A DNA stretch of 64,000 nucleotides from Candidatus Omnitrophota bacterium (GTDB taxonomy: Bacteria; Omnitrophota; Gorgyraeia; JABMRG01), in assembly GCA_030593065.1 (NCBI GenBank), contig JAUVHV010000002.1, positions 33,003 through 97,002 on the forward strand, written 5' to 3'. Every line of letters begins with the position of its first letter. Position 1 is the stretch's first letter. The position numbers were made by a program, and so were the translations under genes. Shown here in pieces: positions 49,820-60,200 of the stretch. Below the pieces are notes generated by a model, which was not told the origin of the DNA, searched no databases, and saw only the letters and a list, made by a program, of their open reading frames with translations.

Positions 49820-51503
49820 CAGTCATCTCCTGTTCAATATCAAGATATCTCAACGTAGCATCACAAATCTCTTTAAACACAGGGCCTGATACCGTACCGC
49901 CAAAATAACCGTTGCGCGGAGTATCTACCATAACACATACCGCAATAATAGGTTTTTCTGCCGGTGCAAATCCTATAAAAGACGCTATGTAATCCTTGCG
50001 CGAATATCTGCCTGAAGGCCCGATCTTCTGCGCTGTGCCTGTCTTGCCCCCCGCGTCAAATCTATTAAGCCTGGCTCTTGTACCTGTGCCTCGCTCTATT
50101 ACACCCTTCATTATCTCTCTTACCTGCCTTGATGTCTCTTCAGAAATAACACGTCGTACTATTACAGGCTCATATTTTTTTATTACCTCTCCCCTGGAAT
50201 CTATGATACTCTCGACAATGCGCGGTTTTACAAGTTGTCCTCCATTAGCAATAGCAGATAGGCTTGTTATAAGCTGTAAAGACGTGACACCTATCTCCTG
50301 TCCCATGGGGATTGCTGTGATCGAGTATTTGCTCCATCGGTTAAGGGGCCGTACTATGCCCTTTATCTCTCCCGGTAAACCGATTCCCGTAGGGGTTCCG
50401 AACCCGTAAGCCTTTATATATTTGTAAAGATCCTTTTCTCCAAGCCGCATGGCTGCTTTTACCGTACCTATGTTGGATGATTTTTCAATGACCTCTCTGA
50501 ATGTCATATCCCCATGGCCATGGTGGTCATGAAGCGTATGGCCCGCAACATACCAGGCACCGTTTTCACAAAAGAAATTATCCTCGATAGATACCTTTCC
50601 TGTATCAAGGCAGGCAGAGGCTGTAATAATCTTAAATACAGACCCAGGTTCATAGTAATCAGATATTGCGCGGTTTCTCTTAACGTCATCCGCGGCATAG
50701 CTAAAATTATTAAGATCAAAAGATGGCAATGCAGCCAAAGCCAGGATACCCCCTTTATATGGATCCATTACTATTGCAATACCTGCTTTTGCTCTATGCT
50801 TATCATAAGCTTTTTTCAGGGCCTTTTCAGCTATATGCTGTATAACCTCATCTAAGGTAAGAACTATGCTGTAACCATCTACTGGAGGAATATAAGTACC
50901 TTCAAAAGCATGTATCTCTCTGCCCTTAGCATCTCTTGCTATGGTCTTATAGCCTTTTTTACCATGCATATACCTGTCATAAAAAACTTCAATACCTTCT
51001 AACCCGGTATTATCAATCCCCGCAAAACCTATAACCTGCGACGCGAGGTTTGCGCCGGGATAGAAACGCTTTGTCTCATCAATTAAATAAATACCTTTGA
51101 GATTTAACTCTTTTACCTTTTTCGCGCTTTCAGGCGGAATCTTTCTTGCAAGCCATACAAAAAGCTTATCGCGGGCCAGCCTTTCATAGAGAAATGACTC
51201 ATCCCTGCCAAGGATGGGCGCAAGTAACCTTGCGGACTCTTCTTTCTTCTTAACATCTCTAGCCACAGCATACACAGAATCTACTTTCAAATTAAGAGCA
51301 AGCTTACGCATATTTCTGTCTAATATAGCGCCGCGCCTCGGTTCAAGCTCAATACGAACAGAATGCTGTGCCTGCGCAAGATCGACTGCTCTTTTATTAA
51401 ATGCAAGGTGGATATATAATATGCGGAATGTTATAAGAGTAAGTAACATTATAAATGTAAGTGTTACTATACCTATTCGTAATTTGTATCGTCTTATATG
51501 CAA
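49809..51503 (-). CDS. ftsI: Peptidoglycan D,D-transpeptidase FtsI (PBP3)
   Basis: N-terminal transmembrane segment, with STFK-type, SxN and KTG(T) motifs. Confidence 0.9.
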   Translation of the reverse strand: MHIRRYKLRIGIVTLTFIMLLTLITFRILYIHLAFNKRAVDLAQAQHSVRIELEPRRGAILDRNMRKLALNLKVDSVYAVARDVKKKEESARLLAPILGRDESFLYERLARDKLFVWLARKIPPESAKKVKELNLKGIYLIDETKRFYPGANLASQVIGFAGIDNTGLEGIEVFYDRYMHGKKGYKTIARDAKGREIHAFEGTYIPPVDGYSIVLTLDEVIQHIAEKALKKAYDKHRAKAGIAIVMDPYKGGILALAALPSFDLNNFSYAADDVKRNRAISDYYEPGSVFKIITASACLDTGKVSIEDNFFCENGAWYVAGHTLHDHHGHGDMTFREVIEKSSNIGTVKAAMRLGEKDLYKYIKAYGFGTPTGIGLPGEIKGIVRPLNRWSKYSITAIPMGQEIGVTSLQLITSLSAIANGGQLVKPRIVESIIDSRGEVIKKYEPVIVRRVISEETSRQVREIMKGVIERGTGTRARLNRFDAGGKTGTAQKIGPSGRYSRKDYIASFIGFAPAEKPIIAVCVMVDTPRNGYFGGTVSGPVFKEICDATLRYLDIEQEMTDEA

Positions 51504-51536
51504 TGTAGGGGCTCTTTTTAAAAATGGGGGAATTGC

Positions 51537-51911
51537 TTACTTCGGTTCTTCTGCCACTGCTTCGGTACCAAATAAAAACATGCTTAGCACCATCTTACCG
51601 GCATGTATAAGTGGAAATGATGTAACAACCATGCTATCAAAAACAACAGGCTCCTTTACCTTAACATTATAGCAATCGAGCGGTATATAAACCTGTGCAT
51701 CTTGCTTAGATGTTATCACTTTTTCAAGCCGGGCAGGTGATTCTAGCCTTGATATATTATATCTTAAAGAACGGTTACGGTCAATCAATAAAGAGAGGCT
51801 ATGTCTTCCAGTATTTATAAAATAGCTGTATTCTATCAATCTTGCATGTTGATATACATACAGACTGGATAATAATGTTACTGCTATAATAGCTGTTAAA
51901 GCTTTTTTCAT
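51537..51911 (-). CDS. ftsL: Cell division protein FtsL-like (single-pass transmembrane plus coiled coil)
   Basis: Position between rsmH and ftsI, small size, and an N-terminal transmembrane segment. Confidence 0.6.
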   Translation of the reverse strand: MKKALTAIIAVTLLSSLYVYQHARLIEYSYFINTGRHSLSLLIDRNRSLRYNISRLESPARLEKVITSKQDAQVYIPLDCYNVKVKEPVVFDSMVVTSFPLIHAGKMVLSMFLFGTEAVAEEPK

Positions 51912-51912
51912 C

Positions 51913-52791
51913 TTAAACTCTCTCTGCTGCTCTCAGCTTTGAACTGCGGGAACGCGGATTATTAATTGTCTCTGTTTCGCTCGGCCTTATCGGTCTTTTT
52001 GTCAAAATCCTTAAAACCTTCTCTGAAGCCTCCGCCTTAAAGGTATGTTTTACTATTCTGTCCTCAAGCGAATGAAACGATATTACCACTATCCTCCCGC
52101 CGCTGTTTAAAAACTTAGGCACTTTTAAAAGAGCTTCTTTCAGGGCATTCAATTCATCATTAATAAATATTCTGAGCGCCTGAAAGGTTCTTGTCGCAGG
52201 ATCAATTCTTGATCCCGGCCGATATCTCGCGGCATCTCTCACTATCCCGGCAAGCCTTAAGGTATCTTTTATAGGAGAGATTCTATTTTCAGTTACTATC
52301 GCTTTGGCTATTCTGCGCCAGTACCTCTCTTGCCCAAGATCCCTTATGACAGCGCCTATCTCAGCTTCACTCTTCTTTCTTAATACCTGCCAAAGAGGCA
52401 TCCCTCTTTCTCTATCCATGCGCATATCCAAGGGGCCTTCTTTCAAAAAACTAAAGCCTCTTGAGGCCTCATCCAGTTGAAATGAAGATGTGCCAAGGTC
52501 AAAGAGCACCGCATCAACGCTTCCTATACCTATAGTTGTCAATACCTTGTCAAGATTTCTGTAATTTTCGTTTACTAATTCGAAAGCGCCTTCAAAACTC
52601 TTTAAGTTTCTTCTTGCTGTTTCAAGCGCTAGTTTGTCCGCGTCTATTCCAATAAGTTTTCCACCGGGTAAAATACTTTCTAATATTTTCTCCGCGTGCC
52701 CTGCGCCGCCAATAGTACAATCCAATATAGTCTGTTTTTTTTTGCAGCTCAAATACTCAAGAGTCTCATTAAGCAATACGCTTTTGTGCAC
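51913..52791 (-). CDS. rsmH: 16S rRNA m4C1402 methyltransferase
   Basis: SVLLNE ... DCTIGGAGH motifs. Confidence 0.9.
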   Translation of the reverse strand: MHKSVLLNETLEYLSCKKKQTILDCTIGGAGHAEKILESILPGGKLIGIDADKLALETARRNLKSFEGAFELVNENYRNLDKVLTTIGIGSVDAVLFDLGTSSFQLDEASRGFSFLKEGPLDMRMDRERGMPLWQVLRKKSEAEIGAVIRDLGQERYWRRIAKAIVTENRISPIKDTLRLAGIVRDAARYRPGSRIDPATRTFQALRIFINDELNALKEALLKVPKFLNSGGRIVVISFHSLEDRIVKHTFKAEASEKVLRILTKRPIRPSETETINNPRSRSSKLRAAERV

Positions 52792-52992
52792 TTAGAAGCC
52801 CTGTTTTAAGTAATACCTACCTGTTATTGCTAAAAGCTCTTTCAAGGCGAGGGTTAATGCCTACCAACCTGGAATTACCATTAAGGGCACGCAGCTTCTT
52901 AAGCCGTTCTATCAGAACATAACTCTCTTCAAGGAGCTTCTTCTTTCTGGCTGTTGCCTCAGCAGTTAATAGCATATCTCTTATCCTCCTCC

Positions 52993-53430
52993 CTATTCAT
53001 TAATAAGGTTCTCCGCGATCTCTTCGTATGATTCTTTTGAAGTATCGTAAAACTCTTTCCATGACTCTTTTGCCCAGATCTCAATTCTATTTGATACACC
53101 GATAAAAACCACTTCTCTTTTTATATTCGCATAATCCTTAAGATACGACGACAAAAGAATTCTGCCCTGTTTATCGGCAACTACATCCTGTGCCCCTGAA
53201 AAAAACAGGCGGTTAAATTTGCGATGCTCTGATTTAGTAAAAGAGATAGACCTGAATTTACCTTCCTGCGTCTTCCACTCTTCCTCAGTAAAAACAAAGA
53301 GGCACTTATCAAGGCCACGCGTAATATAAAGTTTTTCCGCGTAAGCCTCTTTTAAGGCCTCCCGAAATTTAGAAGGAATAATCAACCGTCCTTTGCGGTC
53401 TAAACTATGTGCGAACTCTCCATAAAACAT
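52993..53430 (-). CDS. mraZ: Transcriptional regulator MraZ
   Basis: Duplicated SpoVT/AbrB-like halves, the first starting with the DRKGR motif. Confidence 0.9.
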   Translation of the reverse strand: MFYGEFAHSLDRKGRLIIPSKFREALKEAYAEKLYITRGLDKCLFVFTEEEWKTQEGKFRSISFTKSEHRKFNRLFFSGAQDVVADKQGRILLSSYLKDYANIKREVVFIGVSNRIEIWAKESWKEFYDTSKESYEEIAENLINE

Positions 53431-53755
53431 CTCTTAGCCTCTCTCCCCACCGAGAAGGGCCTTAACCTACACCACATCAAAAAACTGTTTCTGCCTCATT
53501 CCTTATCGCCCACCGAGAAGGAATCTATCTTCCCATCAAAAAGGTATTTCTATACTCCACTTTACTCTACTTTCAACCACTTTGTAGTAAATATACACCA
53601 TAATTCCCTTATTGTCAAGGTATTATTTTTCATTTTTTAACATGGATTTAAAAAGTTTTTGATAGGAGGTTAAAATATACTAAATAATGGGGTTATAACA
53701 TATTTGAACTACTACATGTGGGGAATATTACTGAAAAGCTATTTTTAGGAAAAAC

Positions 53756-53829
53756 GAAACTGTTTCCAAACTGTGAGGGACAGTGGGCATGTATGCGCCC
53801 ACTGTCCCTCACAGTTTGGAAACAGTTTC
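53756..53829. terminator. Near-perfect 74-bp palindrome; a probable bidirectional terminator or insulator between the nuclease gene and the dcw promoter region
   Basis: gaaactgtttccaaactgtgagggacagtgggc atgtatgc gcccactgtccctcacagtttggaaacagtttc. Confidence 0.6.
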
Positions 53830-53837
53830 TAGCACTT

Positions 53838-54278
53838 CTACTTAGCCCAGATACCTTTGCCTTCCTGCCTGGCCTTACGTTGAAGTTTCAAAAATTCATC
53901 AGCATATTTTTCATTGGGTGGAAGAATAAGTATCTTGGCGTAACCTTCTTCAACCATCTTCTTATTTATAAATATATCATTTACATATACATATGCGAGC
54001 AATCTTCGATACCTGTCTCTTTCTCGTGCATCAAATTCAAGGCGTACTATTTTTCCGCCGACCAATCCCTGGTTGAAAGCCTTCGCATCCTTAGCAAGAT
54101 ATTCAGCGGGAGGATTCTTATAATTCATCTCAGGGGTATCTATCCCTAAATACCTTACCTTCTCACCGTTTACAAGCCTTATTGTATCACCATCATAAAC
54201 ATAAACAACCCTGGAAGAGTAACCGCCTTGTGGATATTGCAGACAACTGGATAACGAAATCGCCAACTGGATTATCAA
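53838..54278 (-). CDS. Secreted thermonuclease (staphylococcal nuclease homologue)
   Basis: SNase core motifs DGDT ... R ... YVY. Confidence 0.8.
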   Translation of the reverse strand: MIIQLAISLSSCLQYPQGGYSSRVVYVYDGDTIRLVNGEKVRYLGIDTPEMNYKNPPAEYLAKDAKAFNQGLVGGKIVRLEFDARERDRYRRLLAYVYVNDIFINKKMVEEGYAKILILPPNEKYADEFLKLQRKARQEGKGIWAK

Positions 54279-54322
54279 AAAAAATATAAAAAACTTAATA
54301 GCGGGCTCCTAATTCTCTAATA

Positions 54323-55213
54323 TCAGTATGGCATCACGTAGCTCTCTTCATCAACAATATTCATATAATCTTCAAAAGTCATTTGGCCTGTTATCTCCTT
54401 GTTTACATGTGCCTTTCTGGCAGAAAGGTAAGGGTGGGTAAACCAATAGCGCTTTGGCCCGGTCTTTCTTTCCATCTGCCACTGAAGAAGTTTATCAAGT
54501 GCGCTAAGCATGCCTTCAGGGTTATAACCTGCCTTCTTAAGATATTTTACTGCCAGGGCATCCGCCTCAAACTCATCTTCCCTGCTGTTTGCAAGCATGA
54601 GCTGTCCGAAAGCCTCGCCTGCCTTACGGCGTGTATAAGAATCCTTCGCGCCTCTCATAACAAGTATCTGCATAATCTGATAACCAAGGCTGCTCTGAAG
54701 CCTTTTTATACCATGCCTTGCGCAGACATGGCCTACCTCATGTGCTATAATAGCGGCAAGCTCATCATCATCCAACTTTTCAAGCAGTGCCTTAAAGATA
54801 TATACATACCCTCCGGGAAGCGCGAAAGCATTCTCAATATCATCCTTATCAAGTACCTTGAACGTAAAAATAAGTTCTTTCCTGTCAGATACATCCGCTA
54901 TCTTTTTGCCAATCTCCGCGACCTTCTCCTGGTTAAGATAATTCTCATCAAGGTCAAATTTTTCTTCAACCTGCTCAGCTATAGAGCGGCCCATATTTAT
55001 CTCCTTTTCTTTGGAGATAAGAAGGTTTTCTTCCCGGCCTGTAGCAAGATTATATTCAGGGTAAGCGTAATTTGTGATAAAAATAGAAGATAAAACCGAC
55101 AGGCTAATAAACAACTTACTGATATTCATTAACAACCTATTTCTCATGCAGTAAATTAAAAAGCAAGCGCTTATAAGCCGAGTTCTGTTAATTAGCAAGC
55201 GCGTAAGTAACAT
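54323..55213 (-). CDS. M48-family Zn metallopeptidase (probable start at the internal Met, near 55129)
   Basis: HEVGH zinc-binding motif plus a downstream E. The signal peptide reads MNISKLFISLSVLSSIF. Confidence 0.8.
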   Translation of the reverse strand: MLLTRLLINRTRLISACFLIYCMRNRLLMNISKLFISLSVLSSIFITNYAYPEYNLATGREENLLISKEKEINMGRSIAEQVEEKFDLDENYLNQEKVAEIGKKIADVSDRKELIFTFKVLDKDDIENAFALPGGYVYIFKALLEKLDDDELAAIIAHEVGHVCARHGIKRLQSSLGYQIMQILVMRGAKDSYTRRKAGEAFGQLMLANSREDEFEADALAVKYLKKAGYNPEGMLSALDKLLQWQMERKTGPKRYWFTHPYLSARKAHVNKEITGQMTFEDYMNIVDEESYVMPY

Positions 55214-55224
55214 ACACTTGTTAA

Positions 55225-55620
55225 TCAGATGGCCATCTATCTTGTCCTGTCATTACTGGCAGGATCCTTATCCTCTTTAAGGAAAATAGCGACCTAACCC
55301 ACTCCGCTAACTGAGGAACGGACCATTCCTATGGCGGAGCCTATTTGGTCTTGCACCACGTAGAGATTGCCGCGTTTCACATCACGATTAAATGCAATTA
55401 TGCTATAAGAGAGTTTCAGGCCGTCAGGCTCAAATACTCTCATGCGCAAAGCAATAATCGATACTCGTCTCTGTGGCTCTTATCCGTCCCCACTTTTGTT
55501 TTACAAAAATGGGAAGGCGGGCGTTACCCGCTACGCTGTCCTATGGAGCTCGGACTTTCCTCCCCCATAGCTCTACTTAAACAAAGTTAAACATGAGGGT
55601 AGCCATCAAGCGCCTGCTTC
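55225..55620 (-). ncRNA. rnpB: RNase P RNA, bacterial type A (ends approximate)
   Basis: Minus-strand sequence GAAGCAGGCG ... GGGGGAGGAAAGUCCGAGCUCCAUAGGACAGCGUAGCGGGUAACGCCCGCC ... GGUGCAAGACCAAAUAGGCUCCGCCAUAGGAAUGGUCCG. It matches the conserved P4 and universal regions of E. coli M1 RNA (GGAGGAAAGUCCGGGCUCCAUAGGGCAGGGUGCCAGGUAACGCCUGG ... AGCAAGGCCAAAUAGGGG). Confidence 0.8.
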
Positions 55621-55645
55621 AAAAAACTTATTAAAAGAACAAAAC

Positions 55646-56155
55646 TTAAAAATTCTGTCTGGATTTCAATATAAAAGATTTTCCGGGTCTTTTTTTACCT
55701 GCATCATCGATCGCCTTATTGGCAAGTTTATCAGCAATTTTATTATCTTCTCTCGGTATATTATTTATCCTTACCTGTTCAAAACTATTTAGTAGCCGTG
55801 TAACTTTAGCGTAAAAATCTTTAAGGACAGGGCTTTTTACCTTATACACCCCTCCCAGTTGTTTAGCAACAAGCTCACTGTCTGTATTTATTATAAGCTC
55901 TTTTGCTCCCAAGCCACGCGCTTCTTCCATACCAGATATGAGGGCTGTATATTCAGCTATATTATTGGTTGCCTGCCCTATAGATTTATCTATGTTCTTA
56001 AGGACAACGCCACTTTCATCGGTAATAACTATTCCTATGCCAGCCGGTCCTGGATTGCCTCGGGATGCGCCATCAATATATATATGCAGGATACTGTAAT
56101 TAGGCTTTTTCATCTTTAATATAGAGTATGCGTTGGCAATTTTCACAAAAGACAA
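55646..56155 (-). CDS. rnhA: Ribonuclease HI (probable start at the internal Met, about 56113)
   Basis: IYIDGASRGNPGPAGIG ... the TNNIAEY motif. Confidence 0.85.
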   Translation of the reverse strand: MSFVKIANAYSILKMKKPNYSILHIYIDGASRGNPGPAGIGIVITDESGVVLKNIDKSIGQATNNIAEYTALISGMEEARGLGAKELIINTDSELVAKQLGGVYKVKSPVLKDFYAKVTRLLNSFEQVRINNIPREDNKIADKLANKAIDDAGKKRPGKSFILKSRQNF

Positions 56156-56831
56156 TCTTTTCCTTCATATTAATCTCGTTTATAACCTGAGGTGGAAGCT
56201 GCATATAACAACCACCACAATTATCATTCACAACCTCTGCCAATGCCTGTCCGTCTTTTCCAACAAGAATTCTTTCATACTCACTCAGAAACTTTTTACC
56301 TATAAGCGGGGTAAGGCCTTCTCTCTTTTTTTTAAGCTCAATAGCTGCTTCTTCTATATCGTTTATCTGTTGCTTAATCTCTTTTATCCGCGTATCTATA
56401 CTTTTCGATTCTTCAGCAAATTTTTGTTTCTCCAAAACAATGCGAGCTTTTGCCTGATCTATACTGTCCATAAATTTTATGATCTCTTCTTCCAGAAGTG
56501 AGTTATCTGCTTTATGGCTCTCTATCTCGTTAATCATAGTAGTATATTCTTTGTTGGTCTTTATCTGATTAAGCTGGCCCTGCAACTTTCTGACCTCCTC
56601 CTCCTTGGTACCGAGCATTATCTCTTTTTCTTTGTGTTTGAGTTGAATACTTTTAAGATTATCCTCAGCCTCTTTCATACCAGACTGTTTCAGCTTTTGT
56701 GAATCCTCAAGATTATTAATCTCCAGAGGCTTGAGTTCTTTTTCAGATATCATTTTATAGATCTGCGTATCAAGTGCCTGTAAGCTTATCAGGAGATCTG
56801 TCTGTTCTGCTATATTTATCTTCTCATTCAT
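56100..56831 (-). CDS. Coiled-coil protein with a C-terminal C4 zinc ribbon (COG1579-like)
   Basis: Long coiled coil. The C-terminus reads CGGCYMQLP ... CENCQRILY. Confidence 0.7.
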   Translation of the reverse strand: MNEKINIAEQTDLLISLQALDTQIYKMISEKELKPLEINNLEDSQKLKQSGMKEAEDNLKSIQLKHKEKEIMLGTKEEEVRKLQGQLNQIKTNKEYTTMINEIESHKADNSLLEEEIIKFMDSIDQAKARIVLEKQKFAEESKSIDTRIKEIKQQINDIEEAAIELKKKREGLTPLIGKKFLSEYERILVGKDGQALAEVVNDNCGGCYMQLPPQVINEINMKEKIVFCENCQRILYIKDEKA

Positions 56832-56915
56832 AATGTAAAAATTATACCATAAGAATATAAAAATACAAGTAAAAACAGGTCCCGCTTATCAAGAACGGTT
56901 CTTGATAAGCGGTAA

Positions 56916-56992
56916 TGGTAGCGGCGAGTGGAATTGAACCACTGACAACACGGGTATGAGCCGTGTGCTCTAACCATCTGAGCTACGCCGCC
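56916..56992 (-). tRNA. tRNA with anticodon CAU (elongator Met, or Ile2 if lysidine-modified). The 3' CCA is encoded.
   Basis: I folded it manually. The acceptor stem is GGCGGCG / CGCCGCU. The D stem is GCUC / GAGC. The anticodon stem is CACGG / CCGUG with loop CUCAUAC. The T stem is AGUGG / CCACU with loop UUCAAUU. It lacks the initiator-type anticodon stem GGG/CCC. Confidence 0.85.
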
Positions 56993-57080
56993 ACAGAACT
57001 ACACATTCACACTTGTGCCCCAAAGCCCTGTATGCAAAGGGCGGAGGGGTACGCCGCCACAAAACTACACATTCACACTT
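56986..57080. repeat. Two direct copies of a 29-bp segment, tRNA 5' end plus 22 nt of upstream flank
   Basis: cgccgccacagaactacacattcacactt occupies 56986-57014. cgccgccacaaaactacacattcacactt occupies 57052-57080. Confidence 0.8.
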
Positions 57081-57138
57081 ACAATTTTATTATGAGATTA
57101 TAGCAAAAAATGTTACTCATTGCAACGTAATTCATATA

Positions 57139-57240
57139 ATCTCTTATGCCTTTGCCTTTAGCAGCGCTTTGGCTTTTTTTGCCATAAATGTAAATAGACG
57201 GCAAAAATACCTGCGCTGCGAAGGCAAAGGCATAAGAGAT
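57139..57240. repeat. Palindromic ~110-bp element, copy 3 of 3
   Basis: atctcttatgcctttgcctttagcagcgc ... gcgctgcgaaggcaaaggcataagagat. Confidence 0.85.
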
Positions 57241-57262
57241 AAGAGATTATAGGTAGTGTTAA

Positions 57263-60200
57263 TTATAAGCCGGCCGGCTCTTTGTAGGTACCGTTTTTAC
57301 GGCATCTTATCATGCTTGAATGATGCGTAAGCTTAAGCGAAATATCATCTACTATAGAATAAACACAAGGTATTACAATAAGAGTTAAGAGCGTTGCAAA
57401 TATTATGCCCCAACATATAGAAAGCGCCATAGGAACCAGAAAAGGGTCTTTCCCGCCTATACCATAAGCAACCGTAGATAACCCGCCAGCTGTCGTAACA
57501 GTGGTCAATATAACCGGCCTTAACCTTATCTGCCCTGCCTTAATAATGGAATCATGTCTATTGGTACCCTGCCTGCGTAATCTGTTTATAAAACTTACAA
57601 GCACTATCGAGTCATTTACAACAATGCCATTTAAGCCCACTATACCAAGTATTGCTAAAAATGACATGGGCAGGCCATGAGCAATAAAAGCTATAACAAC
57701 ACCTATAATACCAAACGGTATAGCAAGCATAACAATAAAGGGTTGAATAAGCGACCTGAAGAAGGAAGCTAATATAAGATAGATAATCAGGAAAGCATAA
57801 AAGAATGCCTTAAGAAGGCTTAGCAGCGATTTCATAGACTCTTCCTGTTCTCCTCCGTATTTCACTGAATAACCAAAATATCTGTCTCTTATATTTCTAA
57901 ACTTTTCTTGCAACATCTTATTTATCCTTATGGATGTTATCTTATCTGTATCAATATTAGATGACGCGGTAACTACGCGCTTTCCATCCAAATGACGTAT
58001 AGTTGTTGTGCCAGGCACCTTATCTATGTTTGCTATCTTTTTAAGTGGTATAAGGCTTCCATACTTATTTTGTATAAATATATAATCAAAAACATTTTCA
58101 TCATTTGAGATCTCTTTTGAAAACATAAGAGTAACATCCGTCTCTTCCTCCGCCTTTACCGGTTTTATCTTTGTAGCGACAATCCCTTCAAACACTCCCC
58201 TTACGGTTTTTGCTATTTGTACAATTGAAAGTCCGGCAGCTCTTGCTTTATTATTATCAACCTTTATGCGTATCTCTTCTTTACCCGGTTTATGATCCCA
58301 TGTTACATCGGTTGTTCCGTCGATTGTCTTGAGGTAATCCATATATTCAAAGGCTATCTTATCCAGAGTTTCAAAATCCTCACCCCTTGCCTTGACTTCA
58401 ACAGGTTTACCTACAGGGGGGCCCGCTTCCGGCTTATCCAGTCTAAGATCCGTAAAACCCTTGATATCTTTCATCTTTACCCGCAGTTGGGTAATAATCT
58501 GGTCAATACTCCTTCTCCTATCCTGTTCGGGTTTAAGATATACGGCAATCTGAACAAGATGGCTTGCCTTGCCGGCAAACGGATCATGGCGATCCTCTGC
58601 TATATTACCTACAGAGGTTACAAACGCATCCATCTCTTCTCTCGGAATCTTAGAGACTATCTCCTCAACAGGGGCTATAAGTTCGTTAGTCTTTTTAAGC
58701 GGTGTGCCTATAGGCGCCTCTGCCCTTATAAAAAAATAGTTTATTCCCGCACTTGGAAATAGTATAAATTTAAGCGGCCCCTTACCTGAAAAAGAGAGTA
58801 CCATAATAGCAATGGATATAATTGCCGCGATAGAGGTTGCTAAAAATACATACCATTTTCTCTTTACCGCGGTTTCAATGATTTTCGTATAAACAGCTAC
58901 AAGCCTCTTAAACCATGGTTGTTCTTTTTTTAAGCCCTTTGGTTTACCATCCGCGCCTATTTTTATCTTAACAAAATCGGCTAAATGGCTTGGCAATATA
59001 ATAAGAGCCTCTCCTAATGAGGCAATTAACGCTATAATAAGAACCGTTGGAATATTTCTTATAAACTTGCCTATTATGCCTGTCATAAATAAAAGCGGTG
59101 AAAACGCGGCTATAGTAGTAAAAACCGCGGCAGTTATAGCGCCCATTACATCCTCTGTGCCTTTTATAGCGGCCTCGCGGGGAGAAAGGCCTTCTTCCAT
59201 ATAACGGTAGGAGTTCTCCGCAACGATAATGCCGTCATCTACAAGCATACCCAGAACGATTATTAACCCGAACATACTCATTAGATTAATAGTGATACCC
59301 ATAGTACTCATAATAATAAACGTGGTAAAGAATGCTATCGGTATAGCCATAATAGCCACTATAGCAACACGATGCTGCAAGAAAAGCAGCATTATGGCTA
59401 TAACTATCAGAAGGCTTATCCATCCGTTATTACGTAAAACATTAAGCCGTCTCCGCGCCAAATACGAGTAATCATTTACATAGGATATCTTGAGGGCATC
59501 AGGACAATTCTTTAAAAATTCATCACATTTTATCTTAATCTTATCTACTATGCTTAACGCATCTCCGGACTCTTTTTTCATAATCAAAAGATTTATAGAA
59601 CGATCTCCAAATGTCTTATATATAATATCTTCTTTCTTGAATGAATCTTTTACAGCGGCTATATCTTTTATCCTCAACCAATTTCCGGCATCATTTGCCC
59701 GAATAATGATATCTTCTATCTCTTCTATTCCGGTAAACTCACCTGTAGTTCTTACGCTATATTCTGTGGTCTCTGAATTAAATTCTCCCGCAGGGATACT
59801 TACATTACGCGCGGCAAGAGCCTCTTCTACCTCATCAAAGGATACATAAAACTCTTTCATCTTCTCAGGATCAAGGTGTACCTGCACCTCTCTGTTCCGG
59901 TACCCTGACTTTGCAGCATTGGCAACTCCCGGAATATCCTCAAGCTGATCCTCTAATATATCTGCGTAATAACGGAGGCTCGATTCAACCATATCCCCGG
60001 AAAGTGAAACCTCAATAATAGCATACTGCTTGCTCGCTATCTCTGTTGTAACAGGATCTTCATGTATATCTTCAGGCAGGCCCTTCACCCTGTCTACGGC
60101 ATCCTTTATATCATTTACTATCTTTTTCTTATCACTCCCATCAGGGTCAATCTTTACAGTTATGTAAGATGCCCCTAATGCCGAGGAAGACCTTATCTCA

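Noticed and set aside
53446-53526. Direct repeat ccaccgagaagg (two copies, 62 bp apart) upstream of mraZ, as possible MraZ operator repeats
   Set aside because: Known MraZ boxes are short TGGGN repeats with 10-bp periodicity. The two copies are too far apart, and there are too few of them, to make this call.
54383-55093. 236-aa plus-strand ORF
   Set aside because: It is antisense to the M48 peptidase gene, which has the HEVGH motif. It is a shadow ORF.
58292-58762. 156-aa plus-strand ORF inside the RND transporter gene
   Set aside because: It is an antisense shadow ORF. The RND gene is continuous and well supported.
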